A stretch of DNA of 64,000 nt, from NCBI GenBank assembly GCA_004431415.1, contig QPMI01000169.1:1-64000 (forward strand), written 5' to 3'. Shown here in pieces: positions 51,696 through 63,758 of this stretch. Below the pieces are notes generated by a model. The model made no database searches, was not told the origin of the DNA, and saw nothing but the letters and a program-made list of their open reading frames with translations. The DNA comes from Cyanophora paradoxa CCMP329 (taxonomy: Eukaryota > Plantae > Glaucophyta). Each line of letters starts with the position of its first letter. Positions within the stretch are counted from its first letter, which is position 1. The position numbers and the translations under genes were made by a program.

Positions 51696-53832
51696 CTAGG
51701 ACCTGGCGGGGGGCGGGGCGCCGGCCGGTCGGTTGGAGGAGGGTTTCCTGGCTACGGAGCTCGACTTGCCGACGGTCCTCGCGGGGCCGCCCGGGCCCTG
51801 CGGCGTGTCCCCCCGCGTGCCCGTCTCGTTCTTGCGCAGGTAGCTGCGCCCCGCCCCCGTCAGCGTCGCCGGGGCGGGGGGACGGGACGGGCGCCGGTTT
51901 TGCTGGAGACGCACCCCATGATCTTCCGAAGCATCTCGTCGCCGACGCCGCAGCGGCCGAGGCCGAGGGCGCGCAACGTGCGGTTGGCGGCGAGGGCGTC
52001 GACGAGATGCGCTGCGCCGGCGTCGCCGATGGCGTTGCCGTCGAGGATGAGGGTCTGGAGGGTGGTGTTGCGGGCGGCGGCGGCGGCGAGGTGCTTGCAG
52101 CCGTCGGCGGTGATGCCGTTGTCGGCGAGGTCGAGGGAGAGGAGGCCGCCGAGCTGGGCGGAGGCGAGGAGCGGGGCGAGGTGCCGGCAGCCGTCGTCGG
52201 CGAGGCGGTTGGCCGCGAGGCGGAGCTCGCGGAGGGAGCCGGTGCCGGCCTCGACGAGGGCGGCGGCGCCCTCGGCCCCGAGCTCGTTGGCGGAGAGGTC
52301 CAGCGTCACCAGCGCCGTCGCCCCCTTCACGAAGAGCGACACGATGCGCGCCTTCGTCGCGTCCAGCCCCGCGTTGCAGAAGTTGATCTCCGACACCGTC
52401 CCGTTCCCTGCCGCCCCGCCTCGCCCCCGCCCTCGCCCGCTCCCTCGCGCGGGGGCGGGGGCGGGGCGGACGCTTGAGGGCGTCGACGACGGCGCGGAAG
52501 GCCTCCAGCGAGAAGCGGTTGCTCGAGCAGTCCAGCGACGTCACCGTCTTGCTCGCCTTCAGCACCTGCCCCGCCCCGCCCCGGGCGTGAGGGCGAGCGC
52601 GCGGGCCGGGCGGGCGGGGCGGGGCGGGGCGGGGGCGCGCCTCGGCGGCGATGTAGAATTCGTAGAGGGCCGAGCCTCGGTTCGAGAGGTCCATCCGGCA
52701 CTGGCCCGCCTCCGCTGCGCCGGCGTCGGCCCCGCCATGCGCGAGGGAGGGGCGGAGGGGCGGGGGGGACCCTTGGCGGGGGCGAAGGGGATGCCGTTGA
52801 AGGTCTGGAGGACGGGGTTGACCTTGTAGGTGGCGGCGAGGGACTTGCCCTGGGCCTCGGCGATGCGGTTGTCGCGCACGTCGAGCTCGGTGAGGGTGCG
52901 GTTGGCCTTGAGGACCTTGGCGATGCCGCCGAGGCCGACGTCGCCGAGGCCGTTGGCGCGGATGTCGAGCGAGGCGAGCGTCGTGCTCCGGGCGATGGCG
53001 TCCGAGAGGGAGAGGCAGCCGGCGTTGCCGACGTCGTTCGCGTAGAGGTTCAGCGACGTCAGCGCCGCGTTCGAGCGGAGCGCGTCCGCCAGGTCCCGCG
53101 CCCCCTGCGCCCCGATCTCGTTCACGCTCAGGTCCACGTGCTCCACCACCGCGTTGCTCGCCAGCAGGTCCCCCACGTACTTCGCCCCTGCGCCCCGCCT
53201 CAGCGCCCCGGCCCCCCGCGCGCGCGCAGCCGCCCTGCGCCCCGCACCCTCGTCGCCGATCTCGTTCGCCGACAGGTTGAGCCGCTTCCAGTGCTCGTTC
53301 TTCTTCCCCGCCGCCGCCAGCGCCCGCACGCCCGCGTCCTTGATCCGCTTCCCGGACAAGTCCAGCGCCGGTTCTTGGAAGCAGGTGTTGATGGCTGCGC
53401 GGCGCTAGGTTAGCAGAAAGCGCGTCGCGGGCGGGCGAGGCGGGACGGACCTATCTGCACGGCGAGGGACCCCATGGAGCGGATGGCCCCCGGCTTAATC
53501 TCGTCGCCGCCGCCGATGTGGAGCCCGCCCATCTCGGGTACGTCGTCGTCATCTTCTAGGACCTAAGCACGGCGCGGAGAGCGCCAGTCAGCGCCCGGGC
53601 CGAGACGGTGGAGGAGCTTGCAACAGAGAGCCGTTCAAGGGCAAGCGCCCTGGCTCGGCACACGGCGAGCCCCACACGCACTTCTTCCTCAAAGTTGTTA
53701 TCAAGGTCGCTGTCCTCGTCGATCCCGGGGCTTTCTGGCTGCACCTGTACCTGCGGCGCCTTGCCGCGCGCCTTGCCTGCGCCCGGGCTTCAGAGCTTTG
53801 CGTGGAGCATAGCAAAAGCGTCGCGCACTCAT
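51696..53832 (-). CDS. Ribonuclease-inhibitor-type LRR protein (NLRC3/CARMIL-like repeats)
   Basis: Repeated LxxLxLxxNxIGxxGAxxLAxAL units (LNLSANEIGDEG, LTSLNLYANDVG, LQTLILDGNAIGDAG). The start is uncertain. Confidence 0.85.
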
Positions 53833-54089
53833 GGCTGTGCCAGACGGGGGTCGAGGACGACCAACGGGCCGGAAGAGCCAGACACGGCGCCAACGGATGT
53901 AGCAACGGCAGAACTACAGGAAAAAACAACAGAGACCGCTTGGCTTGCCCAGGCTGGCGGGCTAGACTTCGCAACGACAAGACGTGTACCCCCCTATTCC
54001 AACTCATCCTCGAAGCACGAGCGAGATGACGAAGCCGAAAGCACTGGCGCCTCGGTGCGTACTTTTCGTGATGTCTGGCTTCGAGCGCT

Positions 54090-56452
54090 ATGCCCCGAGC
54101 CAATGGCACGCCTCATTCCCACAGCGCACATGCATCGGACGACGAAGCGGATGAGAACTTCGAGAGTGCCGAGGAAGACGCCGTGTCCAGCGCCTCGGAG
54201 GCGGGCGACGATGCCAAGCCAGCGGCGGACACGCAGGCGGGGGCGGCTGCTGAGGGTGCTGAGGCTCCGACAGAGGAGTCTGCCGGAAAAGACGCCCCCG
54301 AAGAGGCGGAGAAGCAAGCGGAGAAGCCAGAAGGACGCGGGCGTGGTCGCGGACGCGAGGAAGTCGACACCGCGGATCCGGCGAGAGTCCCCAGCGGCGG
54401 CGCCTTCTATCTCCACGACGACCGCTTCGACGAATCGGCCCCGGCTCGGTACGTGTCTTCGCGCCGCGTAGAGCGAAAGCGCGTTCCTTCATCTAATCTT
54501 GGCTTCTTCCAGGGGTCGTGGTGGCGGCCGTGGACGCGGGCGCGGCGGCGCCGGTGGCATTTGGGTACCGAAGGAAGAAAAGGTCGGTCATTCTTCCTTT
54601 TCCAGGGGCGATGGGCGCCGCTGACGCCGCCCGCAGTGGAAGCATGACAAGTTCGAGACGCTCGAGGCGAACGCGGAAGCAGGCCCGCTCGACCAGGGCG
54701 ACAACAGCTTCTTCTCCCGCGTGCGCACTCCGCACTTTGCTCGTCGTAGGCGCTCGCGTCCTCACGCGGACCTCAGCAGCGCGGCTACGGCCGGGGGAGG
54801 GGCCGGGGCGGTCGTGGGCGCGGGCGCGGGCGCGGGCGCGGCGGCGTGTACGTGCCGAGAGAAGGCGCTGAGCACGCGGAGCATTCCGGAGATGCCGTGG
54901 GCGAAGCGACGTCCTCGGCGCCCCAGGCCGAGACCGGCGAGCAGGCGGCGGCGGCCTCTGCTGACACCTCTGGCGCCGCCCCCGCCACCCGCGGCGGCCG
55001 TGGTGGGCGCGGGGTCGCGGGCGCGGGCGGGGCCGTGGCGCGGGCCGGCGGCGGAGCCAGGCCACGAGGCCGGCGGCGAACCTCAGGCGGCGAACAGCAG
55101 CCGCGCGGCGGAGGCCACTGCACCGGCAGCGCCGCACCCGCAGCGGGGCGCTCGCGGCGGGGCGCGCGGGCGCGGGCGCGGGAGGGGCGTGGCGCTTGGA
55201 GCGGAGGGGGCAGGGCCGCTGCCGGGCGGGGCGCTGCTGCCTTCGCCCACGTCCGTAAGCCCGGCGTCGGTCTCCCCGCCGCCCGTCCCCCTCGAGGCCA
55301 TTCACGGTTCGCCCGCCCACCGCGCAACCGGGGCGGGCCCGCGTGACGCCCGCGCAGCGCCGGCGTTCGTGCCGGGCCAGCTCCCCATGCAGTTCGTCCC
55401 AATGCCGTACGGCGCCTACCCCATGCAGGACTACGCCGCCGCCGTCACCGCCGCCGGCTTCCCCCCGTGCGCCCCCGCTCCGCTGCCGCCGCCGCCGCCG
55501 CAGCCGCCGGCTCACGCGGGGCAGGGTGTCGATGGGTACGACGTTCTACGGGGCGCCGGGGGCGCCCCTCTACACCCTCGCCGCCGACGGCTCCGCAGTC
55601 ATGGCGCGCCCCGCCCGCCCCGCCCCGCCCCGCCGACTCCCGCCCCTCTGAGGGCGGGGCAGATCCCCTTTTCCTTCCCGCCGGGCTCCATGCCGGGCCT
55701 CGTGCCCGCCGGCCCAGGCTCCCCCGTGCGCCCCCGCCCCCGCCCCCGCACCGCCCGCCCGCCGCCCTCACCCCGCCCCAGGTCCTCTCGGCGATGGCGA
55801 CGCCGCCCGAGGGGTCGCCCCCCGCCGCCCCCGCCGTCGCCATCGTGCCGCCCCGCGCGCCTCCAAGGCCGTCCCCATCGAGGCGCCGCAGGGGGCGCCG
55901 GCCGGCACGCCGCAGGCCTCGCGCTCCGGCAAGAGCCGCGTGGCGCAGCTGAGCGCCGGGACGCCCAAGGCGCCGCCGCCGTCGCCGGCGCCGGGCGGGG
56001 ACGCGACGCCGACGCTGGCGCGGCAGGCGGGGCGGGGGCGGCGCCCAGCGCCGAGGCCCTCTCTGAGGCCCTCGCCTCGGCCACCCGCGGCTCTCCCCGT
56101 CGCCTCCCCGTCCCCGTCCCCGCTCCCCGGCGCGCAGGCCCCGCCGAGGCCTCCCAGGCCCCGCCCCCGGCCCTCGGCGGCTCCCCGCCAAGCGCCGCGG
56201 CCGCGGCCGCGAGCCGGTCGTGGCGGCGGCGGACGGGGCGGCCCCCGTGCCGACGCGCATGCCCCACCGGCGCAACACGCAGGTGCGGGCCCCCCCTGGG
56301 GCCCCGAGGCGGCCCTCCCCTCGCCGCGCGCTGAGGGGCGGGGCGCGCAGGTGGACTTCGGGGAGGACGCGGCGGCGGCCCTCGCGGCGGCCCTCGCCGC
56401 CCAGATCGGGCCCGACGCCGACGACTCCAAGGAGCCCGAGGCCGACTCCTGA
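54090..56452 (+). CDS. CASC3: CASC3/Barentsz (Btz/MLN51) exon-junction-complex protein
   Basis: SELOR/Btz motifs DPARVPSGGAFYLHDDR and WKHDKFE, acidic N-terminus, RGG repeats. Confidence 0.8.
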
Positions 56453-56759
56453 GCCCGCCCGCCCCGCCACGCCCCGCCCCGCTTAGGCCGCAGACCCGCG
56501 GCGCAGTAAATTAAATAGCAAGTGCTCGTGCCCGAGGTCCCTCGAGATTGTTCGCAGCCCGGGGGTCGTTGATGTCTGCTTGCACGATGGGGTTCGGGCC
56601 CTCACTGCTTCAGAGTCCGGAGGTCGAAGCCCCCCGCGGGGAGCCCGGACGGCCCCCAGGCGTCCCGCCGGGCCAGCCCGGCCCCGGATTCGGAGCCCGC
56701 GGCCCCGCGGCCATGTCCTGAGTCCCGAGTCCGATCGCGAGTCCGACGGTCCTCAGCGG

Positions 56760-59460
56760 CGCCGGCCCTTGAAACTTTGAAAGCTTGGGCCCAGTCACTG
56801 ATCATGATCATGACTCGCGGCCATTATCATAGTATGGCACTGCAGCATGATCATCGGATCATGAGTGGCGCTCGGGCCCGGGGCCTGGCCGCCGGGCCCA
56901 TGGCCAGTGGGCCCGGGGCCTGCAGCGTGGCAGCGTGGCAGGCCGCCCATCATGGCATGCCGCAGTGCCAGCCGCCAGGCCTGCCAGGCTGCCAACTTGG
57001 CAAGTTAAACTTCCGACTCGGCGAGTTCGAAATGGCGGGGCATATGCATCAATTCAATGATTCCGAAGTTCATGCCGCTGTGCATATCACTGAGTCACAG
57101 TGCTCAGTAGTAGATTATCCCATGTTCCCCCTGGAAGAAAAAGCAGTTTAGTACTACGGCAGACTCAAACTGCCAGCATTTTAGGCACTGCGAACAGTCA
57201 AACTCACTGAGTGGAGTTCAATGCAAGGGTGGTCGAGCCTGGCTGCCAACAGTCGTGCCAGCATGTCTGGTAAGTGGGGAACTTGTGAATTGCAGGCCAA
57301 TGGAAGATTTGTCCATCTCATTGATATACTCAATGCGATATGCACTTGAAGGCTGCCAGTGCTGCCTTGACTCACTGTGGTCACTGAGATGGGTTCAACA
57401 GGACAAGGAAAAGTCACTGAGTGACGTGTGACTCTGTGACTTTTAGAAAAAACCAGTGGCAGCCGCTGCTCTTGCCAGTGAGCTTGGAAGTACGTGGCAG
57501 TAGGATCTGCCACAGAGTGGAGTTTCGAGGCTCAAATTGTGTATCCGGCTGTCATTTCAATGGAAAGTCCCTTTATCTTCTCTTTTTTTCTTTCTCGAAT
57601 GCTGTGGTGCACTTGACTGTTCAGTGCCGGTTCAGTTAAAACTTGAAACTTTGAGCATGAATTAGAAACACTTCTGCAGAAGCATGTTTTTGCAATTGAT
57701 CATGATGCCTGGGCCAAGCTTAAGCTTCTTATAACCAAGTGCTTCCTCTCAGCCAACATTAAACAACAATTGCAAGTACAAGCAAGTCACTGAGTGTTTT
57801 TTGAAGATTATCTTCTCAGAGTGTTGTTGTGAATGAAAATGTTCATTGGAATATCAATCTGAAGATTAATCCAAAGCATGCCTTCTGCTGTGCCTTATTT
57901 GCAATTGTTGCTTGTGTAATTATAATTATGATTCCGATATCATAGTATGATGATGACCGATCATGATGTCCAGGTCAAGCTTGACCATGATCGTGAACAA
58001 GTGTTCAACGGTGCAACGGTTTCCTCCCAGCCAACAGAAAACAAGAAGCACAACGAAGTGCTTTCAAGTTTTCCAAATCAAAACATCATATCAAACCTAA
58101 TGTTCATTTGTTCATTCTTTCTAGATAGTTATTTGTTATGGACGCGTTGCGACCCGGACCCAGCCGGAGTCGAACCAACGACTAAGGGGTGTCAAGGCGG
58201 CAGTTCTACCAATAGGCCATCTCGCGAGAGGCTAGTGATTCCCCGAATCATCCCGGGTCCTCACACTGCACGCAACATCCCCCCCGCCACGGTGATCTCG
58301 ACCCCGAGATCCTTCCGTGCGGTTCCATTGCTGCATTTCACCTCACAACTCGCGATCTCAACCTCGGTCACATGCCGCACGTGACACCCACTTCACACAG
58401 CCGCAACTGCCGCTTTTTTCCGTGCGCGCAGTTTCTAGGCTCTTCGGCGGCCACCGATGCAGGTGCCGGGCTTATCGGGGTACCGCGATGCAGCGGCCCT
58501 CAGCCAGCGCTTCCTAGCGCCCCGCGTGGGATTCGAAGCCCGGTCTATCCCTCGTCGGGAGTCGAACCAGGTCCGTTAGCAGCCCCCATGTTATGGACGC
58601 GTTGCGACCCGGACCCAGCCGGAGTCGAACCAACGACTAAGGGGTGTCAAGGCGGCAGTTCTACCAATAGGCCATCTCGCGAGAGGCTAGTGATTCCCCG
58701 AATCATCCCGGGTCCTCACACTGCACGCAACATGTTGCGTGCAGTGTGAGGAGTGTGTGTGTTGCGTTGCGGGGATCTCCTTAGTCGTTGGTTCGACTCC
58801 GGCTGGGTCCGGGTCGCAACGCGTCCATAACATGGGGGCTGCTGCGGGAATGCAGCAATGGAACCGCACGGAAGGATCTCGGGGTCGAGATCACCGTGGC
58901 GGGGGGGATGTTGCGTGCAGTGTGAGGACCCGGGATGATTCGGGGAATCACTAGCCTCTCGCGAGATGGCCTATTGGTAGAACTGCCGCCTTGACACCCC
59001 TTAGTCGTTGGTTCGACTCCGGCTGGGTCCGGGTCGCAACGCGTCCATAACATATTCAAATGATTAAGGTCATTAAATATTTCAAGTTTTATGAATAATT
59101 CTGGGGGGGTGCGGGGGGGCGGAGCCCCCCTGCTTGTATCATAGTATGGCACCGTGCATCATGGCATCATGATCACATGATCACTGAGTCATGATCATGA
59201 TCATGATCATCGACACCGTGGCACTGTGACATCATGCCATCTGCATGATGGCCCAGATGACTCAGTGACACGAAAATCAAAATTTAATGCACACTCAGTG
59301 ACTGACTCAGTGATCATGACGGACACAGCCTCACACAGGGCGGACACGCAAAGTAAGAATTAAGGCACACTGTACACGTGCATGCACGCACTGCTAGCTA
59401 GCCTAGCTATAGCCCTATAGCTCAGCGGCTAGCTATACTATAGCTAGTAGTACGTGGTAG
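56760..59460. repeat. AT-rich, CpG-poor degenerate repeat/transposon-relic block hosting the second TRIM insertion
   Basis: Abrupt drop in GC, TG/CA excess, many ATCATG/ACTGAGT palindromes, no credible ORF. Confidence 0.5.
58134..59052. mobile_element. Head-to-head TRIM dimer: full element (minus, 58134-58732) fused to an internally deleted element (plus, 58733-59052)
   Basis: LTRs at 58134-58277, 58589-58732, 58733-58832 (rearranged, 100 bp) and 58909-59052. PBS 58833-58851, PPT ending 58908. The whole composite is flanked by direct repeat TATT (58130-58133, 59053-59056). The full unit appears identical to the 3595 copy. Confidence 0.9.
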
Positions 59461-59888
59461 CACTATGACTCGAGGCTATGATACAACAATATTAATAGCA
59501 CTAGCTTATATTATTGGTGTTGTTGGCCCGCTCTGCTGTGCTGTGGCTGCCCAGCTGTGCTCCCAGCCCGTGCGCTACACGCGGGATTGCCCCGAGGGGT
59601 GGTGGGGCTGTATTGGGAGCCGTGGTGCGGTCCCGGAGGGTACAGCGAGACTACTGACTGGGGTACATGGTACGAGCGGCTCGACTCAGTGGAAACCAGG
59701 CTGGCAACACTTACTTGTACAGGATCCCAGCCGCAGCTGAGCAGCTGCAGCCAGCCGCGGCTGAACTAAGGTACAAGCCCCCTCCCTGGTCCGCGTCTCA
59801 GAGTCTCTGGCCTCTGGGCGTGGGCCCGGGGCCCCGGCGGGCCTCGGGCGGGGCGGCGCCTGCTGTCCTGGGCCCTGGGCCCTCGGGA

Positions 59889-62236
59889 TCAGGGCTGGGG
59901 CCGGAACTTGGCGGCGACGGCGCGGGCGATGGTCTGGAGCTGCATGTTGCTGGTGCCCTCGTAGATGCTCCCGATCTTGGCGTCGCGGTAGAACTTCTCG
60001 ACGGGGGCGGCGCGCGTGAAGCCCACGCCCCCGTGCATCTCCACGCACTGTGACGCCACCCGCTCCGCCACCTGCCCGCCCCGCCCCGCCCGCCCAGGTC
60101 AGATCAGGTCGGGTCGGCTCAGGTGAGCGCGATCCGAAGCGGGCCTGGCTGGAGAAGAGCTTGGCCATGGCGGCCTCCATGGCGAAGGGCCGCCCGGCCT
60201 CGCGCAGGCGGGCGGCGTTGTAGACCATCAGCCGCGCCGCCTCCAGCTCCGTCGCCAGCTGCGCGTACTGGAACTGCATCCCCTGCACGCCCCGTCAGGG
60301 GGGATGGGGGGAGGAGGGAGGGGGGTACAGACCTGGAAGTCGCCGACGGGGGAGCCGAACTGGCGCCGCTGCAACACGTACGGCAGCGTCGCGTCGAAGG
60401 CGCCCTGCCCCCGCCCCGCGCCCCCTCAGAGGGCAGGGTGGGGGGTGGGGGGTGGGAGGGGGGGGGGGAGTGGGGGTACGCGGGCCTGGGCGAGCCCGAC
60501 CATCTGGGCGCCGATGCCGATGCGGCCCTCGTTGAGCACGTCGATGGCGATCTTGTACCCCTGCGCGCGGCGGGGGGCCCCTCGGCGGGGCAGAAGGCGG
60601 AGGGCAGGGCGGGGGCGGGGCGGGCCCTGCCGAGCTCCCCGACGAGGGCCGCCTCGGGGACGCGCACGCCCTCCAGCGCCACCTCGCACGTCGAGCTCGC
60701 CCGGATCCCCAGCTGCCCCCCGCCCTCTCAGCGGCGCCTGCGGGGGCGACGCTCAGGCGGGCGGGGCGGGCCTTGTCCTCCTTGCGGCCGACGGTGAGGC
60801 CCGGCGCGCCCCGCTCCACCATGAACGCCGAGATGCCCCTGCCGCCCCCCAGCTCGACGCGAGGGGGCCAACGGAGGGGGGGAAGAATAGCGGGCCTGTA
60901 GCCGGCGCGGGGGTCGGCGTTGGCGAAGACGAGGAAGAGGCCGGCCTCCTCCGCGTTGCTGATCCAGCACTTGGTGCCCTCGAGCACGAAGCCGCCCCCG
61001 GGCTCCCGCCGCGCCGTCGTCCGCAGCGCGAAGGCGTCGCTCCCGCTGCCGGGCTCCGAGAGGCAGAAGCTCGCCACCGTGTCCCCCGCCAGCCGCGGCA
61101 GGTACGCCCGCTTCTGCTCCTCCGTCCCGTACCTGCGCCCCGCCCCGCCCCCGCTCGCAAGGCCTTCGAAGGCGCGCCCCCGAGCGACGCGGCGGCGTGC
61201 GGGGCGGGGCGGGGCGCACCGGAGGAGGACGGTGTTCTGGCGGGTGACGGGGCGCATGCGCACGGTCGGTGAGCGGCAGCGGGGCGGGGAGGCGGGGGCG
61301 GCGGGGCGGGGCACGACGAGGGTGTTCTGGATGTCGACGACAACGGCGACGGCGGGGTCGACCATCGCCAGCGCCTCCACCACGTGGCACGCCTGGATGA
61401 ACGACATCCCCGCGCCCCCGAGCTCCGCAGGCACCTGCCCCGCCCCGCCCGCCCCCCCGCGTCGCTGGAGGCACGCGGGGGCCCGCCCCGGGCGCGGGCC
61501 GCGGCGCCGGGCGCCCCGGGCACCTCGATGCCCATGTAGCCCTGCTCGAAGAGCTGCCGCAGCAGGCCGGCGTCCAGCTTCGATTCCCTGTCCATCTTCC
61601 TGCCCGCCCCTCCCCGTCAGCTCGCAAGCAAGCTAAGCGCCGGCTCGGCCCCGGGGGGCGCTCGGGCGCACTGCACGAGCGGGGCGACCTTCTCCTTTGC
61701 AAACTCCAGCACCATGTCCCGGATCTGAGCGCCGCCCGCCCCCGGCCCGTCGGCCCCAGACTCCCCGCGGCCGCGCCGGAGCCAGCGCGGCGGTGGGACG
61801 GGCGCGGGGACTCTTCAATGGCTAGTCTGGAAAACGCAGTGCTATTCCGTGGCTGCGGATGGCAAGCATGCGCCCCGAGGTTCCTGCGCGAACGAGCAAC
61901 TGCAACGGAGCTTGCCTCGAAATCGACGGACGTGTCAAAGTCGACGCCTGCGGCAATGTTTAGAGCAAGCTCGAGCCTTTGCACGCACGTACGCCGCCCG
62001 GCGCCTAGCCTGGCCGGGGGCAGTGAAAAATATATAGTGCCGCCGGGCGCACTGGCGACATTCGGGTGCTCCTGATGCGCGGCCGAGGATGTTGATGCCC
62101 GGCAGTGATGGATCGCAGCAGGTGGCGCGTGCGTCGCAGAGTGGCCCAGGAGGAGAGGTCCGCGCGCGCCGATCCTCGGGGGCAAAAACGGTCGGCGGCA
62201 TGATCTCAAAAGCGATGCACCGAGGCAAGCTTGCAT
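59889..62236 (-). CDS. Short/branched-chain acyl-CoA dehydrogenase, mitochondrial (ACADSB-like)
   Basis: [111 protein letters not shown]. Confidence 0.93.
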
Positions 62237-63042
62237 GGCGGCTGCGTTTGAGCGGGAGTTGAATGAACTTGAAGGCTAGTTGAAGCTGGAGGGGGGTACA
62301 CGCACAAGCCAGACAGCTATTCGGGTCCCACTCGAACGGGAGCAGCGCCATGGTGCGAGCGCGACGCCCCGCTTCCATCGTAGGTATCCATAGCTGACAC
62401 ATCCGCTACAGGCGGATCAAGTTCAGGTCCGTTCCGCCGCGGAGCCCGAGGGCACCGCTTGCCGGTTCCAATGAATGTGGATCGCGGGCGATACAAGTCC
62501 CAGGGATTGCTAGGCCAACACGCTGCCGCGGGGCGCTTCGTCACTTGAGCGAAGCGTCGGCCTCCGCATATAGGACTCTTTCAGCTTTCGCATGCCGGCT
62601 CGCTAGAATAACCAGACGACGTGTAATAGCGTCGCAGCGGCGCGCGGGCCATTGGCCTGGGACCTTAATAGCTGTCTTGCGTGCCCGCGCCTCTGACCTC
62701 ACCGTGTGCAGCCCGCCCAAAGAAACATATACCGCCTTAGCGAGTACTGCCCCAAAGTGAGTGCCCGCGCCGTGCTTTACCGTTCTCTTCACTGCCGTGC
62801 CGCTTCCGACCGCTCCTTCCCTCACTCGGCACTGTACTCGCAGAGTGACAAACTCTCATACAACGATGAGCACTGGCGGACGACGTGGTGGAGGCCAGAG
62901 CAGAGCATCACGCGGAAGCACCCGGATCCCATTGCCACGCGAGCGTCCAGGACCCCCTGGACCGCGACCCGCGTCCTCATGAGCCGGAGGTCGCACCCTC
63001 TGCCCCCTCGCTCGCTTTCGGAGCCTGACCGGCCCGCGCAGC

Positions 63043-63758
63043 ATGGAGCTGACCGCTAGCCGCAAGCTCCCCGTGCCCCTTTCGCCCGCCACCACGCTCA
63101 ACCCGAAGGAGACCCCCTACGGCCGCGGCACCGAGCGGTCAATGCGCGAGGTCCGACCCCGCCGCCTCGACCCTTGGCCGCCCCCTGAGCCCCGCGCAGG
63201 ATCCCCTCCGGATGGGCCGGACCGGGCAGGCAAGCTCGGACCCGGGGGACACCCCTTCCTTTCCTTTCCTTTTGCTTACGTGCGCGGGGGCAGTACATCG
63301 AGCGGGCGAACATGGCGTTCAAGCGGGGAGACTTCGCCGGCGCCGCGCGCGCCTTCACGCAGGCCATCGAGATCGACCCCGACGACCACTTCCTCTACTC
63401 CCGGTGCCCCCGCCCGCTCGCCTTCGCTTTCGCCTCCGCGCTGACCGACGGCGGCGGCGCGCAGGCGGGCGGCGTGCTTCGCGTCGCTGCGGGACTACGA
63501 GAGGGCCAAGCGGGACGCGGAGATCGTCCAGAAGCTCCGCCCCGACAACCACAAGGGGTCCGCCCCTGCCCCGCCCTGCCCGGCCCGGACCCCCGCCGGC
63601 CCTGGCCCGCCGCAGCGCGCGGGGGCCCGTCCCTGAGGGTGGGAATGCACAGGACGCTGTGCAAGAAGGCGATCCAGGACTTCGAGACGCGCTACGAGCG
63701 GGGCCTGCCGGGCTGGGAAACCTGCCACGAGACCCTCCTCCAGACCTTCCAGAAGTAG
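63043..63758 (+). CDS. Small TPR-repeat protein
   Basis: ANMAFKRGDFAGAARAFTQAIEIDPDDHFLYSRRAACFASLRDYERAKRDA...LRPDNHKG. May have upstream exons. Confidence 0.8.

Noticed and set aside
59465-59769. Small protein gene between the repeat block and ACAD
   Set aside because: Two overlapping short ORFs, no recognisable motif and no clear splice structure.
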